From: Hyphomicrobiales bacterium | Lineage (GTDB): Bacteria > Pseudomonadota > Alphaproteobacteria > Rhizobiales > Xanthobacteraceae | Reading direction: 5' to 3' | DNA: 64,000 nucleotides | Assembly: GCA_017305665.1 (NCBI GenBank) | Contig: JAFKKH010000012.1 | Location: 187,617-251,616 of the forward strand | In this document: in pieces, positions 39,832 through 48,913 of the stretch | Numbering within the stretch: position 1 is the first letter of the stretch | Layout of the letters: the number at the start of each line of letters is the position of its first letter | Position numbers and translations under genes: made by a program | Notes under the pieces: model-generated | What the model was told of the DNA's origin: nothing | What the model saw: only the letters and a program-made list of their open reading frames with translations | The model's database searches: none

Positions 39832-41175
39832 ATGACGCGCACCATCAGGATCGGCTCCGGCGCAGGTTATTCCGGGGATCGCATCGAGCCGGCGCTGGAA
39901 CTCGCCGAAAAGGGTGGCATCCAGTATCTCGTGTTCGAATGTCTCGGCGAGCGCACCGTCGCGCTGGCGCAGCAGGCGCGCATGAAGGACCCTCAGAGCG
40001 GCTACGATCCGCTGCTGGAGGAGCGGATGCGTGCGGTACTGCCGACCTGCGCCGCCAAGGGCATCAAGATCGTCACCAATATGGGTGCGGCCAATCCCGA
40101 AGCGGCCGCGCGAAGAACCGCCGAGATCGCAAAATCCCTCGGCTTGCGCGGGCTCAAGGTCGCAGCCGTGGTGGGCGACGATGTGCTCGATGCGTGCAAG
40201 GCGAGCAATCTTCCTATCATGGAGTTCGAGGGCACGATCGGCGACTTTGGCAACCGTCTGCTGTCGGCCAATGCCTATCTCGGTGCTGCGCCGATGGCCG
40301 AGGCGCTGAAGGGCGGCGCGGATGTGGTCATCACCGGTCGCGCGTCTGATCCTGCCTTGTTTCTGGCGCCCATGATCGATGCGTTCGGCTGGGCGATGGA
40401 CGATTGGGATCTGCTCGGCAAGGGCACGGTGGCCGGTCATCTGCTCGAATGTGCGGGCCAGATCACTGGAGGCTACTTCGCCGACCCCGGCTTCAAGGAT
40501 GTCGAGGGGCTGGCGCGTCTCGGCTTTCCGATCGGGGAAGTCGGCGAGGACGGATCGCTGGTCATCACAAAAGTCGAGGGCTCGGGTGGTGCCGTCACGG
40601 CGCGAACCTGCAAGGAGCAATTGCTCTATGAGGTTCACGATCCCAGGCGCTATCTGCAGCCCGACGTCGTCGCGGATTTCTCCGAAGTCACCGTGGAGGA
40701 GATCGGTCCCGACCGCGTTCGCGTGCAGGGCGGACGTGGCACGCGCCGGCCCGACACGCTGAAGATATCGGTCGGCTATATCGACAGCTATATCGGCGAG
40801 GGCCAGATCTCCTATGCCGGTCCGGGCGCGGCGGCCCGGGGACGGCTGGCGCTTGATATCGTGCGCGAGCGTCTGCGGCTCACGGGCGTGCAGACGAGCG
40901 AACTGCGCTTCGATCTGGTTGGAGTCGATTCCTTGCACGGTCCTCAACTCGCAGCGCAGGGCAGCGAGCCTTACGAGGTCCGTGTTCGTGTCGTCGGCCG
41001 CACCGACAACCTTCGTGAGGCGGTCCGCATCGGCAACGAGGTCGAGACGCTTTACACTAACGGTCCGGCAGGCGGCGGCGGCGCGACAAAATCCGCGCGG
41101 GATGTGGTCGCGGTGGCATCGGTGCTGTTGCCGCGCGAATTGGCCAAGCCGGCTGTCCGTTTCGTGGAGGCATGA
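39832..41175 (+). CDS. AtuA-family (DUF1446) protein, N-terminal-domain form
   Basis: IRIGSGAGYSGDR, ECLGERT, TNMGAANP, ITGRASDPAL, GHLLECAGQITGG, YLQPDV. Confidence 0.88.
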   Translation: MTRTIRIGSGAGYSGDRIEPALELAEKGGIQYLVFECLGERTVALAQQARMKDPQSGYDPLLEERMRAVLPTCAAKGIKIVTNMGAANPEAAARRTAEIAKSLGLRGLKVAAVVGDDVLDACKASNLPIMEFEGTIGDFGNRLLSANAYLGAAPMAEALKGGADVVITGRASDPALFLAPMIDAFGWAMDDWDLLGKGTVAGHLLECAGQITGGYFADPGFKDVEGLARLGFPIGEVGEDGSLVITKVEGSGGAVTARTCKEQLLYEVHDPRRYLQPDVVADFSEVTVEEIGPDRVRVQGGRGTRRPDTLKISVGYIDSYIGEGQISYAGPGAAARGRLALDIVRERLRLTGVQTSELRFDLVGVDSLHGPQLAAQGSEPYEVRVRVVGRTDNLREAVRIGNEVETLYTNGPAGGGGATKSARDVVAVASVLLPRELAKPAVRFVEA

Positions 41176-41176
41176 G

Positions 41177-41503
41177 GTGAAACTGCGCGAGATCGCTCAT
41201 TCCCGTACCGGCGACAAGGGCAACACGTCGAACATCTCCGTCATCGCCTATGACGCGCGGCATTATCCGTTGCTTGTGGCTCAGGTGACGAGCGAGCGCG
41301 TCAGGGCGCATTTTGCCGGTGTGGTCGAGGGCGAAGTGACCCGCTTTGAGCTGCCGAACATCGCGGCGCTGAATTTCGTCATGACCGGTGCCCTTGGTGG
41401 CGGCGTCACGCGCTCGCTGGCGCTGGATGCGCATGGAAAATCGCTCAGCTCGGCGCTGCTCGATCTGGAAATTGACGACCGTTTGGGCGATACCTTGTCC
41501 TGA
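41177..41503 (+). CDS. Small AtuA-related protein (separate C-terminal-type domain; GTG start)
   Basis: KLREIAHSRTGDKGNTSNI...LNFV...GGG...DAHGKS; starts 1 nt after the AtuA stop; the ORF track merged it into a 229-aa ORF. Confidence 0.85.
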   Translation: MKLREIAHSRTGDKGNTSNISVIAYDARHYPLLVAQVTSERVRAHFAGVVEGEVTRFELPNIAALNFVMTGALGGGVTRSLALDAHGKSLSSALLDLEIDDRLGDTLS

Positions 41504-41544
41504 TCCGTCTCCCAATTCGGCCCGAACAAGCGAGTTGCTCATCA

Positions 41545-42894
41545 ATGGCTCAACATCCGACCCTTGCAACGCTCGCCGCTGATCTGGCCAATGGTCGCAC
41601 GACCGCGCGCAAGCTCGTTGACGAATGCCTTGCCAGGATCGCAGACAAGGCGGGCGAGGGCGCCCGCGTCTTCATCCAGGTCGATGCCGAGGGTGCCGCC
41701 TCCGCAGCCGATGCGATGGACAAGTTGCGCAAGGCCAACGCCGCGCCGTCGCCTTTTGCGGGCATTCCCATTTCGATCAAGGATCTGTTCGACATCAAGG
41801 GACAGGTATCGCGCGCCGGCTCCCGCGCGCTCGACGATGCGCCGTCGGCAGCGGAGGACGCGCCTGTGGTGGCACGGTTGCGTCGCGCCGGCTTTGTGGT
41901 GGTCGGCCGCACCAACATGACCGAGTTCGCTTATTCGGGTCTCGGCATCAATCCGCATTACGGCACGCCAAAGAACCGCTGGCATCGTGAGGTCGGCCAT
42001 GTGCCCGGCGGATCGTCGTCGGGCGCCGCGGTGTCGATCACCGACGGCATGGCCTATGCCGCGCTTGGCACCGATACCGGCGGCTCGTGCCGGATTCCGG
42101 CGGCCTATAACGGGATCGTCGGCTATAAGCCGACCGCGCGCCGCATTCCGCTCGACGGCGGCGTGCCGCTGTCGTTCACGCTGGACAGCTATGGGCCGAT
42201 CGCCCGCTCGGTCGGCTGCTGCGCCGTGATCGATGCGGTGCTGGCGGACGAGCCGGTCGCAGCGGTCACGCCGCGGCCCGTGAAGGGGATGCGGCTCGCG
42301 GTGCCGACCACAGTGATGCTGGATGACCTCGATCCTGCGGTCGCGCAGGCCTTCGATCGCGCCCTTGATGTGCTCTCGCGCGCCGGCGCCATCATCGAGC
42401 GCATCGCTGTTCCCGAATTTGCCGAGGCCGGCACGCTGAACGCGAACGGCGGTTTCTCCGCGGCGGAAAGCTGGGCCTGGCATCGCGCGCTGATCGCGAA
42501 GAAAGCCGATGTCTACGATCCCCGTGTCGTCAGCCGCATTCGCCGTGGCGAAGCGCTCAGCGCCGCCGATTATGTCGATCTGCTCGCCATGCGGCGCGCC
42601 ATGATCGATGGCTTCGAGCGCCGCGTTACACCGTATGACGCGCTGATCGCGCCGACCATCGCCATCACGCCGCCGGTGATCGCCGACCTCGCCGACGATG
42701 CCGCCTATACCAAGGCGAACCTGCTCTCGTTGCGCAACTGCACCCTGATCAACACCATCGACGGCTGCGCGATCTCGTTGCCGTGTCATCGCGAGGGCGA
42801 TGCACCGGTCGGGCTGATGCTGGCGGCGGCAGGCGGCTCGGATCGGCGAATCTTCGAACTGGCAGCGGCCATCGAACCGCTGGTCCGCGGGTGA
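41545..42894 (+). CDS. Amidase-signature family amidase (second)
   Basis: SIKDLF, GGSSSG, GTDTGGSCR. Confidence 0.92.
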   Translation: MAQHPTLATLAADLANGRTTARKLVDECLARIADKAGEGARVFIQVDAEGAASAADAMDKLRKANAAPSPFAGIPISIKDLFDIKGQVSRAGSRALDDAPSAAEDAPVVARLRRAGFVVVGRTNMTEFAYSGLGINPHYGTPKNRWHREVGHVPGGSSSGAAVSITDGMAYAALGTDTGGSCRIPAAYNGIVGYKPTARRIPLDGGVPLSFTLDSYGPIARSVGCCAVIDAVLADEPVAAVTPRPVKGMRLAVPTTVMLDDLDPAVAQAFDRALDVLSRAGAIIERIAVPEFAEAGTLNANGGFSAAESWAWHRALIAKKADVYDPRVVSRIRRGEALSAADYVDLLAMRRAMIDGFERRVTPYDALIAPTIAITPPVIADLADDAAYTKANLLSLRNCTLINTIDGCAISLPCHREGDAPVGLMLAAAGGSDRRIFELAAAIEPLVRG

Positions 42895-42898
42895 AATC

Positions 42899-43591
42899 AT
42901 GAGCGCATGCGAACTCGCACTCACCCTTGAATCCAAAAGCGGTCGGTCGCCGCTCACACTGACCATCACCCAGGCCGTGATCGCGGGCTGGACGGGGCGC
43001 GATCCCGTGGCACGCGACAAACATATCGCCGAACTTGAAGCGATCGGCATTGCGCGCCCGGCCTCCACGCCGATCTACTATCGCGTCGCCGCGCGGCGGC
43101 TGACCACCGCCACGAGCATCGAGGTGAGCGGCGGCGACTCCAGCGGCGAGGTCGAGTTCGTTCTGCTCGCCTCCGGCGGCAAGACCTATGTCGCTGTCGG
43201 CTCCGACCATACCGACCGCAAGGTCGAAACCTATGGCGTCACCGTCTCCAAGCAGATGTGCGACAAGCCGATCGCGCCGGTGGTGTGGGCGCTCGATGAC
43301 GTGATCGGCCACTGGGACCAGATTGTGCTGCGGTCGTTCGCCACTATCGGCGGCGCGCGCGTGCTCTATCAGGAAGGCAAGCTCGACGGCATGTTGCCGG
43401 TTGCCGATCTCATCGCGCGCGGGTTCGGCGGGTCGGCGCTGCCGGACGGCTGCGCCATGTTCGGCGGTACCTTCGCGGCGAAGGGCGGCATCCGCCCGGC
43501 CAGCCGGTTCGATTTTGAAATCGAGGATCCCGTGCTGAAACGCACCATCCGCCACGGTTATGATGTGGTCGAACTGCCGGTGCTGGGCTGA
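42899..43591 (+). CDS. DUF2848 protein (FAH-like fold)
   Basis: AGWTGRD, SGEVE, GSDHTDR, SKQMCDKP, MFGGT conserved blocks. Confidence 0.82.
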   Translation: MSACELALTLESKSGRSPLTLTITQAVIAGWTGRDPVARDKHIAELEAIGIARPASTPIYYRVAARRLTTATSIEVSGGDSSGEVEFVLLASGGKTYVAVGSDHTDRKVETYGVTVSKQMCDKPIAPVVWALDDVIGHWDQIVLRSFATIGGARVLYQEGKLDGMLPVADLIARGFGGSALPDGCAMFGGTFAAKGGIRPASRFDFEIEDPVLKRTIRHGYDVVELPVLG

Positions 43592-43660
43592 GGTCGCTGC
43601 CGGTGGAACCGGCCGGAAATCGGGTGGCCGGAACTGGCGCGATCTGCGAGGATCGTCCGC

Positions 43661-44410
43661 ATGACATCAGCCGTGAAGACCATCGTCCGTTCCGCGCCTC
43701 CCGCCAATATGGCGGCGCGCGTTGCCGCGCTCGACTGGCAGCACATCGCTGACGATCTCGACGCGCAGGGGTGTGCGGTTCTTCCAAGTCTGCTGTCCGC
43801 GGGCGAATGCGAGGCGCTGGCGGCGCTCTACGATACAGACGAAAAATTCCGCAGCCGCATCGTGATGGGCCGTCACGGTTTTGGCCGTGGCGAATACAAG
43901 TACTTCGCCTATCCGTTGCCTGAGCCGATCGCATCGCTGCGTCCGGCGCTGTATCCGCCGCTGAGCAGAATTGCGAACCGCTGGAATGAGGCGATGGGCA
44001 TCGCGATCCGCTATCCCGATGATCACGCCGCGTTCTTGAAACGCTGTCATGACGCCGGCCAGACCCGGCCGACGCCGCTGCTGTTGCGCTACGAGGCCGG
44101 CGATTACAACTGTCTGCATCAGGATCTCTATGGTGAGCACGTGTTCCCGTTGCAGGTGGCGATCCTGCTGTCGCAGCCGGGCGACGAATTCACCGGCGGC
44201 GAATTCGTGCTGACCGAGCAGCGACCGCGCATGCAGTCGCGTGCCGAGGTGGTGCCGCTGCGGCAGGGCGATGCGGTCGCGTTTGCCGTGCATCACCGGC
44301 CGGTGCAAGGTACGCGCGGTGTCTACCGCGTCAATTTGCGCCACGGCGTTAGCCGCCTGCGCTCCGGCCGCCGCCACACAGCCGGCGTGATCTTCCACGA
44401 TGCGACCTGA
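43661..44410 (+). CDS. 2OG-Fe(II) oxygenase (DUF2086 type)
   Basis: GRGEYKYF, LHQD (HxD), GGEFVL, RHGVS (distal His) and Arg for 2-oxoglutarate binding. Confidence 0.85.
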   Translation: MTSAVKTIVRSAPPANMAARVAALDWQHIADDLDAQGCAVLPSLLSAGECEALAALYDTDEKFRSRIVMGRHGFGRGEYKYFAYPLPEPIASLRPALYPPLSRIANRWNEAMGIAIRYPDDHAAFLKRCHDAGQTRPTPLLLRYEAGDYNCLHQDLYGEHVFPLQVAILLSQPGDEFTGGEFVLTEQRPRMQSRAEVVPLRQGDAVAFAVHHRPVQGTRGVYRVNLRHGVSRLRSGRRHTAGVIFHDAT

Positions 44411-44433
44411 GAGACTGACGTGCAGAGACTTGC

Positions 44434-45084
44434 GTGACCGCGGATTTGTTCGACGCCGTTCCCGATGCGCCGTCGCAGGAAGCGATCGGCGAGGGCGCCG
44501 TGCTGCTGCGCGGTTTCGCGCGCGATAACGAGAGCGATCTGATCGCGGATTTGCGCGCGGTGATCGCGCAAGCTCCGTTCCGCCACATGGTCACGCCCGG
44601 CGGGCATACCATGTCGGTGGCGATGACCAATTGCGGCGCGGTCGGCTGGGTCACGGACCAGAGCGGCTATCGCTATTCACCGACCGACCCCAGGACGAAC
44701 CAGCCGTGGCCGGCAATGCCGCGATCGTTTCATCAACTCGCGAAGTTGGCGGCGACGCGCGCTGGCTTTGCCGATTTCGTGCCCGATGCCTGCCTGATCA
44801 ACCGCTATACGCCCGGCGCGAAGATGTCGCTGCATCAGGACAAGGATGAGACCGATTTCGGCGCGCCGATCGTCTCGGTGTCATGGGGTTTGCCGGCGAC
44901 GTTTCTGTTCGGCGGATTGAAGCGCAGCGATCCGTCGCGCCGCCTTCGTCTCGCCCACGGTGATGTGGTGGTGTTGGGCGGGCCGTCGCGGCTCGCCTAT
45001 CACGGCATCGCGCCCCTGGCAGACGGTGAGCACCCCGTGCTCAAGCGTCAGCGGATCAACCTGACATTCCGGAAGGCCCGCTGA
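44434..45084 (+). CDS. alkB: DNA oxidative demethylase AlkB
   Basis: TPGGHTMSVAMTNCG, GYRY, CLINRY, LHQDKDE, HGI, RINLTFR. Confidence 0.95.
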   Translation: MTADLFDAVPDAPSQEAIGEGAVLLRGFARDNESDLIADLRAVIAQAPFRHMVTPGGHTMSVAMTNCGAVGWVTDQSGYRYSPTDPRTNQPWPAMPRSFHQLAKLAATRAGFADFVPDACLINRYTPGAKMSLHQDKDETDFGAPIVSVSWGLPATFLFGGLKRSDPSRRLRLAHGDVVVLGGPSRLAYHGIAPLADGEHPVLKRQRINLTFRKAR

Positions 45085-45108
45085 AGCGTTCGCGGTAGCC
45101 GTGAACCG

Positions 45109-46734
45109 TCAGGGTTTTGCCGGGTGGATGAAGGTCCACGGCGTAACTTCGGAATCCCGGGGCACTTCGACGTCGATCAGATACGGCCCGCCGTGCGCCA
45201 GCGCCTTTTCCAGCGCCGGACGGAAGCCGTCGGGTGACGTCACGCGCGATGCCGCGACCCCGAACGATTCCGCAAGCTTCACAAAATCCGGATTGACCAG
45301 GTCGGAGGCGACGACCCGGCCGTCGAAACGCTGGAGCTGGTCGCGGCGGACATTGCCATAGGCATTGTTGTTGAACACCAGCGTCACCACGCCGATGTTG
45401 AACTGTACTGCGGTGGCGAGCTCCTGCACGCCGAACATGAAGCCGCCGTCGCCGGTGATGGCGACCACGGGTTTATCCGGGTTTGCGATCTTGGCGCCAA
45501 GCGCGGTCGGAAAGCCGGAGCCGAGCGTACCCTGATAGCCCGAGGTGACGAAGGTGCGCGGCTCGTAGACCGGGAAGCCGTACCACGCCGCAAAACCGAC
45601 TTGAGACAATTCGTCGGTGACGATGGCATTCGCGGGCAGCACCTCGCGCAAAATGTTCAGGTACGCCATCTGCGGCTGCACCGCCTGAATCTCCTTCAGC
45701 GCGGCGGCGGAGGCGGCGCGGATCGCATCGCGGCGCCCCTTGGTCTTGGTATAGCCGCGTTTGCGCACCGCCGCGAGCAACTCGCGCGTGCCAGCCTGCG
45801 CATCGGCGACAACAGGCGCGTCCGGCGCATAGCGCCGCATCTCGGCCGGATCGATGTCGATGCGGATCGATTTCAGCCCGTCCGGCCGATAGGGCCAGCG
45901 GAACGAAGTCGCGAGCTCCATGCGGGTCCCGATGCCGATCATCAGATCGGTCGTGCCCCAGAGCTTGTAGGCCGCGGCCATGGTGAGGCCGAGCTCGTGC
46001 GCGTTGCTGACGATACCGCGTCCGCTGCGGAAGGCGACCACGGGCGCGTCAATCAGTTCGGCGAGTTCGAGAATGTCCTCGCGGGCGTCGACCGCGCCGC
46101 TGCCGACGAAGATCATCGGTGTCTTGCTGGATGCGATCAGCGATGCGGCGGCCTTGATCCGGTCCGGATCGGGCAGGGGCGAGGGAAACCGGTCGAATGG
46201 TTTGACCTCGCCGATCTCCGCGCGCTGGGTGAAAACATCCCACGGCATTTCCAGTGCCACGGGGCCGCGCCGGCCCGACATCATCTCCTGGAATGCACGC
46301 GCAACCGCCGCCGGGGCCGCGTCGGGATATTCCATCCGCTCGGCCCATTTCACGAAGGTGCGCAAGGTGGCGAGCTGATCCGGCATCTCGTGCAGGTGGC
46401 CGCGGCCCTTGTCGAGAAATTCGGTAGGCACCTGGCCCGTCAGGCACAGCACCGGCTCGTTCGATCCGAATGCGGTGAGCATTGCCGCGCCGGCATTGAG
46501 CACGCCGGGACCGGGCACCACGCTGAACACGCCGGGCTTGCCGCTGGAACGCGCGTAGCCATAGGCCATGTAGCCGCAGGCCTGTTCATGCCGCGCGCCG
46601 ATGACACGAAGTTGCGCCTGCTGAAAGGCGTCGAACAGCCCATAGATCTGCGCGCCGGGCAGGCCGAATACCGTATCGACGCCATGCGCCACCAGACCGC
46701 TGACGATCGCTTCGCCGCCTGTCAGAGAACTCAT
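45109..46734 (-). CDS. Thiamine diphosphate-dependent enzyme (acetolactate synthase-like superfamily), function unknown
   Basis: FGLPG, RHEQ catalytic Glu, GDGGF...NN ThDP-binding motif; co-oriented downstream of the hpa genes. Confidence 0.88.
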   Translation of the reverse strand: MSSLTGGEAIVSGLVAHGVDTVFGLPGAQIYGLFDAFQQAQLRVIGARHEQACGYMAYGYARSSGKPGVFSVVPGPGVLNAGAAMLTAFGSNEPVLCLTGQVPTEFLDKGRGHLHEMPDQLATLRTFVKWAERMEYPDAAPAAVARAFQEMMSGRRGPVALEMPWDVFTQRAEIGEVKPFDRFPSPLPDPDRIKAAASLIASSKTPMIFVGSGAVDAREDILELAELIDAPVVAFRSGRGIVSNAHELGLTMAAAYKLWGTTDLMIGIGTRMELATSFRWPYRPDGLKSIRIDIDPAEMRRYAPDAPVVADAQAGTRELLAAVRKRGYTKTKGRRDAIRAASAAALKEIQAVQPQMAYLNILREVLPANAIVTDELSQVGFAAWYGFPVYEPRTFVTSGYQGTLGSGFPTALGAKIANPDKPVVAITGDGGFMFGVQELATAVQFNIGVVTLVFNNNAYGNVRRDQLQRFDGRVVASDLVNPDFVKLAESFGVAASRVTSPDGFRPALEKALAHGGPYLIDVEVPRDSEVTPWTFIHPAKP

Positions 46735-46750
46735 GTCAAACTGTCCTTTC

Positions 46751-46838
46751 CGTCACGCCCGGCCTTGTTGCCGGGCATCCACGTCTTTGTCGACCAACAA
46801 GTAAGACGCGGAGGGCGGGGTCAAGCCCGGCCATGACG
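46751..46838. repeat. CGTC-tagged REP-like element, family B
   Basis: CGTCACGCCCGGCCTTG...CATCCACGTCTT...AAGACGCGGA...AAGCCCGGCCATGACG; homologous to 54552-54639. Confidence 0.85.
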
Positions 46839-46845
46839 TTTTCTG

Positions 46846-47718
46846 CTATGCGACCTCATCCACCACGCCGTTGCGCAACCGGCCAATGCCTTCCGCCTCC
46901 ACTTCGATCACGTCGCCGGGCTTGAGGAAGCGCGGCGGATCGAAGCGTGCGCCGGCGCCGGTCGGCGTGCCCGTCACGATGATATCGCCCGGCACCAGCG
47001 TGGTGAAGGTCGAGATATAGCTGATGAGATAGCGGAAGCCGAAGATCAGGCGGCCGGTGCGGTCATCCTGCCGCATCTCGCCGTTGACGCGCGTAGTCAG
47101 CCGGATGTCGGCGATTTGCGATTCATCGGTGTAGGGAACCAGCCACGGGCCGAGACTGCCGGTGGAATCGAAATTCTTGCCCTGGGTCACGTTGAACTTT
47201 GCGTGCCGGACCCAGTCGCGGATCGTACCCTCATTGCAGAGCGTCACCGCTGCGATGTGATCGAGCGCGTTTGCTTCCGCAATATGCCTGCCGGCCTTGC
47301 CGATCACCAGGACGACTTCGCCTTCGTAGTCGAGCTGCTCCGAGATGCGCGGGCGCACCAGCGGCGCGTTGTGGCCGACGAACGAGCGCGGCGTCCGCAT
47401 GAACATGCTCGGATATTTCGGCGCGTCCGAGCCGTCCTTGTATTCGGCGTTACGGTCCGGGTAGTTCACGCCGATGCAGATGATCTTTTCCGGCGCAGGG
47501 ATCGGCGGCTGCCAGGCGATGGCGTCGAGGGTGAAATCGGGCGCATGTTTCGCGCCAGCCTCGCCGAGCTTGTCCAGCGCGCGATCGGCGATCGCCTCGC
47601 GCAGCGTCGGATAGTCTTGTCCGAACCGTGCCGAGAGATCGACGATGCCTTGGTCGGTCACGGCGCCGTACTTTGTGATGCCGTTGACGGTGAAGGTGGC
47701 GAGGCGGGGAAGAGTCAT
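46846..47718 (-). CDS. Fumarylacetoacetate-hydrolase family protein (single-domain HpaG-like decarboxylase/isomerase candidate)
   Basis: ICIGVNY, DYEGE, GKNFD, PGDIIVTGTP; start MTLPRL at 47718. Confidence 0.88.
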   Translation of the reverse strand: MTLPRLATFTVNGITKYGAVTDQGIVDLSARFGQDYPTLREAIADRALDKLGEAGAKHAPDFTLDAIAWQPPIPAPEKIICIGVNYPDRNAEYKDGSDAPKYPSMFMRTPRSFVGHNAPLVRPRISEQLDYEGEVVLVIGKAGRHIAEANALDHIAAVTLCNEGTIRDWVRHAKFNVTQGKNFDSTGSLGPWLVPYTDESQIADIRLTTRVNGEMRQDDRTGRLIFGFRYLISYISTFTTLVPGDIIVTGTPTGAGARFDPPRFLKPGDVIEVEAEGIGRLRNGVVDEVA

Positions 47719-47750
47719 CTCAATTCCGATCGAACGATGGCTATTTGTTT

Positions 47751-47884
47751 TCCCTCCCCCTTGTGGGGAGGGTGGCTGGCCGAAGGCCAGTCGGGTGGGG
47801 GGCGATGATCTTGCTATATACCCCCACCCCGGCCTCCGCACGCCGATAGCGTGCTCGGCCGACCCTCCCCACAAGGGGGAGGGA
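47751..47884. repeat. Palindromic element, family C
   Basis: TCCCTCCCCCTTGTGGGGAGGG...CCCTCCCCACAAGGGGGAGGGA terminal inverted repeats, inner GGGTGGGGG/CCCCCACCCC pair. Confidence 0.85.
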
Positions 47885-47910
47885 TTCAGTGGAGTTGCCG
47901 ACGAACAGCA

Positions 47911-48894
47911 TCAATCCGCGATCACGACGTCGGCGACGAATGCTGGCTCTCGCAGCGGCTGGTTGGGGAACGGTGAGCCCTGCTCGAACCAGGAGCGCGG
48001 CGCCGGCGCGCCCCACAGGGTCTGACGCCGCGGATCGCGCAGCGACCAGCGCAGCGGCTCGTGATCGTGGTCCATGGTGTTGTAGTCGCTGGTGTAGATC
48101 TCCAGCCGGTGGCCGTCGGGATCGCGGACGTAAAGGAAGAACGCGTTGGAGATGCCGTGCCGGCCGGGGCCGCGTTCGATGTTCTTCAGATAGCCGCTCG
48201 ATGCCATCACGTCGCAGAGATGGATGATGTTCATGGCGGTCGGCACCCAGTACGCGAAATGGTGCAGGCGCGGGCCCTTGCCATTGGTGATGGCGAAGTC
48301 GTGCACGTTGCCCTTGCGATGCATCCAGGCGGCCGCGATGCGCCCGTTCTCACCGTCTTCCTCGGCGTATTCGGTCAGGCGGAAGCCGAGCCGCGCGTAG
48401 AAATCGACGGTGCCCTGCACCTCGGGCGCGAACACGTTGAAATGATCGAGCCGCTGCGGATGACATCCCCGGTAGAGATCGTAACGGCGCAACAGGTGCG
48501 GCCGCTTCTCCATGGTGGCGTAGAGTTCGAGCTGAAAGCCGAACGGATCGGTGAATTGCAGCGTGCGGCCCTGGAACGGCTGTTCGGCGAACGCGTAGCT
48601 AACGCCGTTCTCGGAGAAGAATGACGCGGCCTTGTCGAGATCGGTATCATTGGCAACCTTGAATCCGAGCCGGTTGGCAGCCGGGGCGGCGGCTTTCCGC
48701 AGCACCAGCGAGTGATGCTGACGCTCTTCGCTGCCGCGGAGGAAGACGGCCTTGTCGTCGACATCTTCGACATGCAGGCCGATGACGCTCTCGTAGAATT
48801 TTCGGCTGGCCTCAAGATTGGTGACGTCGAGCACCGCATGGCTGCTGCGGATGATGTTGAACGGCGGATCGAAGACGTGGGTAGGGACGGGCAT
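47911..48894 (-). CDS. hpaD: 3,4-dihydroxyphenylacetate (homoprotocatechuate) 2,3-dioxygenase, VOC-fold type
   Basis: RLDHFN, KGNVHD, RLHH, GRHG, YVRDPDGHRLEIY (His/His/Glu metal triad). Confidence 0.92.
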   Translation of the reverse strand: MPVPTHVFDPPFNIIRSSHAVLDVTNLEASRKFYESVIGLHVEDVDDKAVFLRGSEERQHHSLVLRKAAAPAANRLGFKVANDTDLDKAASFFSENGVSYAFAEQPFQGRTLQFTDPFGFQLELYATMEKRPHLLRRYDLYRGCHPQRLDHFNVFAPEVQGTVDFYARLGFRLTEYAEEDGENGRIAAAWMHRKGNVHDFAITNGKGPRLHHFAYWVPTAMNIIHLCDVMASSGYLKNIERGPGRHGISNAFFLYVRDPDGHRLEIYTSDYNTMDHDHEPLRWSLRDPRRQTLWGAPAPRSWFEQGSPFPNQPLREPAFVADVVIAD

Positions 48895-48913
48895 GGTCGT
48901 TTCCTGAAAGCGG

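Noticed and set aside
47719-47874. N-terminal extensions in the ORF track for the FAH gene (to 47874), the dehydratase (from 54609) and the thiolase (to 32143)
   Set aside because: They are in-frame read-throughs of palindromic repeats; the downstream starts match family N-termini, and the dehydratase start has a clear RBS. Only ribosome profiling could rescue them.
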